64,000 bases of DNA, from assembly GCA_003971905.1 (NCBI GenBank), contig RSEE01000009.1:682001-746000 (forward strand). Reading direction: 5' to 3'. Positions 61,845 through 64,000 of the stretch are shown piece by piece. The notes beneath the pieces were generated by a model. That model was not told where the DNA came from. It saw nothing but the letters and a program-made list of their open reading frames with translations, and searched no databases. How positions within the stretch are numbered: position 1 is the first letter of the stretch; each line of letters begins with the position of its first letter. The position numbers were made by a program, and so were the translations under genes. Source of the stretch: Moniliella sp. 'wahieum'. Its lineage: Eukaryota.

Positions 61845-63657
61845 GAGGACCTTGTGATTTGCAAATTACGCAGAGAGTTGCGCGTCTACACGTCTACGTG
61901 CGCGTAACGCGTAACGCTTGGTGCATGCAATGGTGTGCGTGACGCGTGACGGTGTCTTACTAGCACTCGCGTCACGCGTCACTCGTCACTGTTAACGCGC
62001 TGACGGGACAACATCGAATACTGACAATGGCAAAGTGCAAAACACTCTCAACGTTCAAAACACTCTCCCGAAGAGGGTTTTGGTGTGTCCCTTTATCAAG
62101 TAACGCGTATAATGCGCGTAAATTGTAACACCGTCGTCTTCGGGATATATACTACCTGCTACCGCTTATCCCCTCATTAATCATCACACATGTCGCATGC
62201 ATTATTGCCAAAACTCTCCTCAGACTGTTTGCTGTGGATGACGCCGATATGATAATAGTAGCCTGTGGGCAGTAGTGACATCATTGAAGCAACAGTCGCA
62301 TTTTAGTGATATCAAAATGACCGACAACAGCGGCTCAGGCAGGCGACCATACGCAATGACTCTAGTGACTGCAGGATCTCATCGCCAAGCCCGGGGCCGA
62401 CGCGGTATTTGTTATAGATACCTCAGGACGTGCGTGATAGCTCTTCTCGGTGACGGTCATTAGATTGATCCGAAAGTCCAGAGCCGCGTAACGGGGGGAT
62501 GTACATGTAATCCGCGGGAATTCGAAAGGGATAGAAAGATGAGTTTTTCAGAGTATCTTTCTATTTTTCTTCCTCGCGGCGTTACAACGGTGCAATGGTT
62601 CTTTCGTCTTCCCCGGTCATGCATCATGCATCATGGGATTATAGGGTCACCCACCACACAATGACGACTGTGTTGTTCCTATTTAATTTCCTTTGTGGAG
62701 AGCGATACCATACTATTCCTCTCCGGTCTCTCACTTGTATATATATCCTTCTCGTCTTGTCCGCGCCAAGCCAATTATTAAACCAGTGGAGTCGCCAGCA
62801 GGTCAGGACCCTCTATTGGTGCCTGCCATTCCCTTCCCCACCGGATGTACTAGCACGTGAGAATGAGAGAGGTATAATATAGATAGGCATATTGTGAGCG
62901 ACGGTGAACGTTGAACCATCTCCAAGGCTCATCATGCATCACCCGACGACGGTTTTTCAGCCCCCATACAGGTTATTGGCTGTCTTCGTGGCATAGTATC
63001 CGTGCGTCGTCATGACCAAGGGGAATAAAGCTTGAAGACTCTTCAGCGTGCCCCTGGTGCTTGACATTCTTGTCGCATTTCACTTGTTCCAACAGTCATC
63101 GAAGTAACTCCAACTCGTTATTGTACCGGCATTTCAAAAGACGTTACGGTTCCCTCGTGTACCACCTTCCGGTACGCAATCGTCGCCTCGAGTCCTTTGT
63201 GCCCGGATCATGCAAAATTAAGATATGGTTCACTCCTATTCCTGATCCTCCAAAGGCTCTAGGTCCCAACATCACTCGATCGCTATAATATTCTGTGATG
63301 TACGCCTCAGCGCCTGTCGCCCATGCCTCTCGTCTCTCGTCTTCCTCTGGACCGTAGACTCGTTATATTGTACATATATCAGTGTCCGTGTTGATGAGCA
63401 GTGTGTAACGATGGGGGGCGGTGAAAAGGTGAATCATGAGATGGAATAAAACTGTAGACAACGGAACGGTGGGACAGTGGACAATGGGACGATGGAGCAG
63501 TGGCCCAGCGCCCAATATAAGCCGGACCGTGGGCCCTGTAGTCTGCTATTAGTTTACTATCTCAGAAAGGCTGTAGTACTGAGAGGTGGAAAGGTTCCCA
63601 ATATCTCGCTGGAGCTGGACCGAACAAGCCAAAAAGAAAATGACTTTTTTGCTACTC

Positions 63658-63756
63658 TGCATCCACATATCATTGACAGAGCTTAAAGCTGGGACAGGGG
63701 AAACGCCACGCCTAAACCGACCCGTTCATCTTGCGTGTTTGCTTGGTAGCGCCACC
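63658..63756 (+). repeat. Dispersed repeat copy D
   Basis: tgcatccacatatcattgacagagcttaaagctgggacaggggaaacgccacgcctaaaccgacccgttcatcttgcgtgtttgcttggtagcgccacc. Confidence 0.88.
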
Positions 63757-64000
63757 CCTGTTAGGGAACCAGGGGGATCGCCAGGATATCAGGACCCTCT
63801 GGTTCTCGCCATCCGGTCCCGTACCCTAGGAAGCGCGTGTGGACACGAATGAACGTGGTTGACATCCGAGCGAGGAACCATTTCCATTGAGACTGAGTAG
63901 CCAAATCCTCCCAATGCGCAAACATCTTGCCCGCTGTCTTGGTGCCGTAGTATCCTCTCGCGTCGTCAAAACCAGGGGGAAAAACGGCTCTTGAGTGCGT

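Larger units (their letters stand above)
57240..62640. repeat. Dense field of (TNA + 4-bp palindrome) heptamer arrays
   Basis: (TGAAGCT)x7 57723-57771; (GTTGAAC)x4 57798-57825; (AGTCACT) ~57511-57530 and ~57853-57915; (GGTCACC)x3 58878-58898; (GGTAACC)x3 then (CGTAACG)x2 59233-59274; (GTTGAAC)x4 ~59983-60010; (TGACATG) ~60348-60393; (GGTAACC)x3 ~60683-60703; (CTTCAAG) ~61550-61605; (TCATGCA) ~62617-62635. Confidence 0.92.

Noticed and set aside
57240..62640. CRISPR array
   Set aside because: No 23-50 bp direct repeats with unique spacers, no cas genes, and a eukaryotic context.

Overview
GC-rich eukaryotic genomic DNA with short GT..AG introns and CTRAC-type branch points; the gene content points to a basidiomycete fungus (inference). 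Nearly every gene has small frameshifts, several in homopolymer runs, most simply explained by uncorrected long-read errors, so gene ends are approximate. Recognisable genes: an MFS sugar porter, mitoribosomal mL43/MRPL51, a divergent SABATH-like methyltransferase, riboflavin kinase FMN1, a probable TPP1/Tpz1 shelterin OB-fold protein, a membrane-anchored GH5 glucanase, an RBBP4/MSI1/HAT2 WD40 histone chaperone, a DUF1765 protein, a C2H2 zinc-finger factor, a Sec7(+PH) Arf-GEF and a TEA/ATTS factor. There are also several orphan ORFs and a decayed Ty3/gypsy element with gag, protease and integrase but no RT/RNase H. The most unusual signal is non-coding. Intergenic DNA, most densely at 57.2-62.6 kb but also near 14, 25 and 40-42 kb, carries 7-bp-period arrays built on one grammar, (TNA + 4-bp palindrome)n. 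At least 12 different palindromic spacers occur, and they can switch inside an array without losing phase. The pattern resembles stacked footprints of a TNA-targeting cut-and-paste or hairpin-repair process (hypothesis). The same region holds four diverged copies of a ~50-100 bp dispersed repeat.
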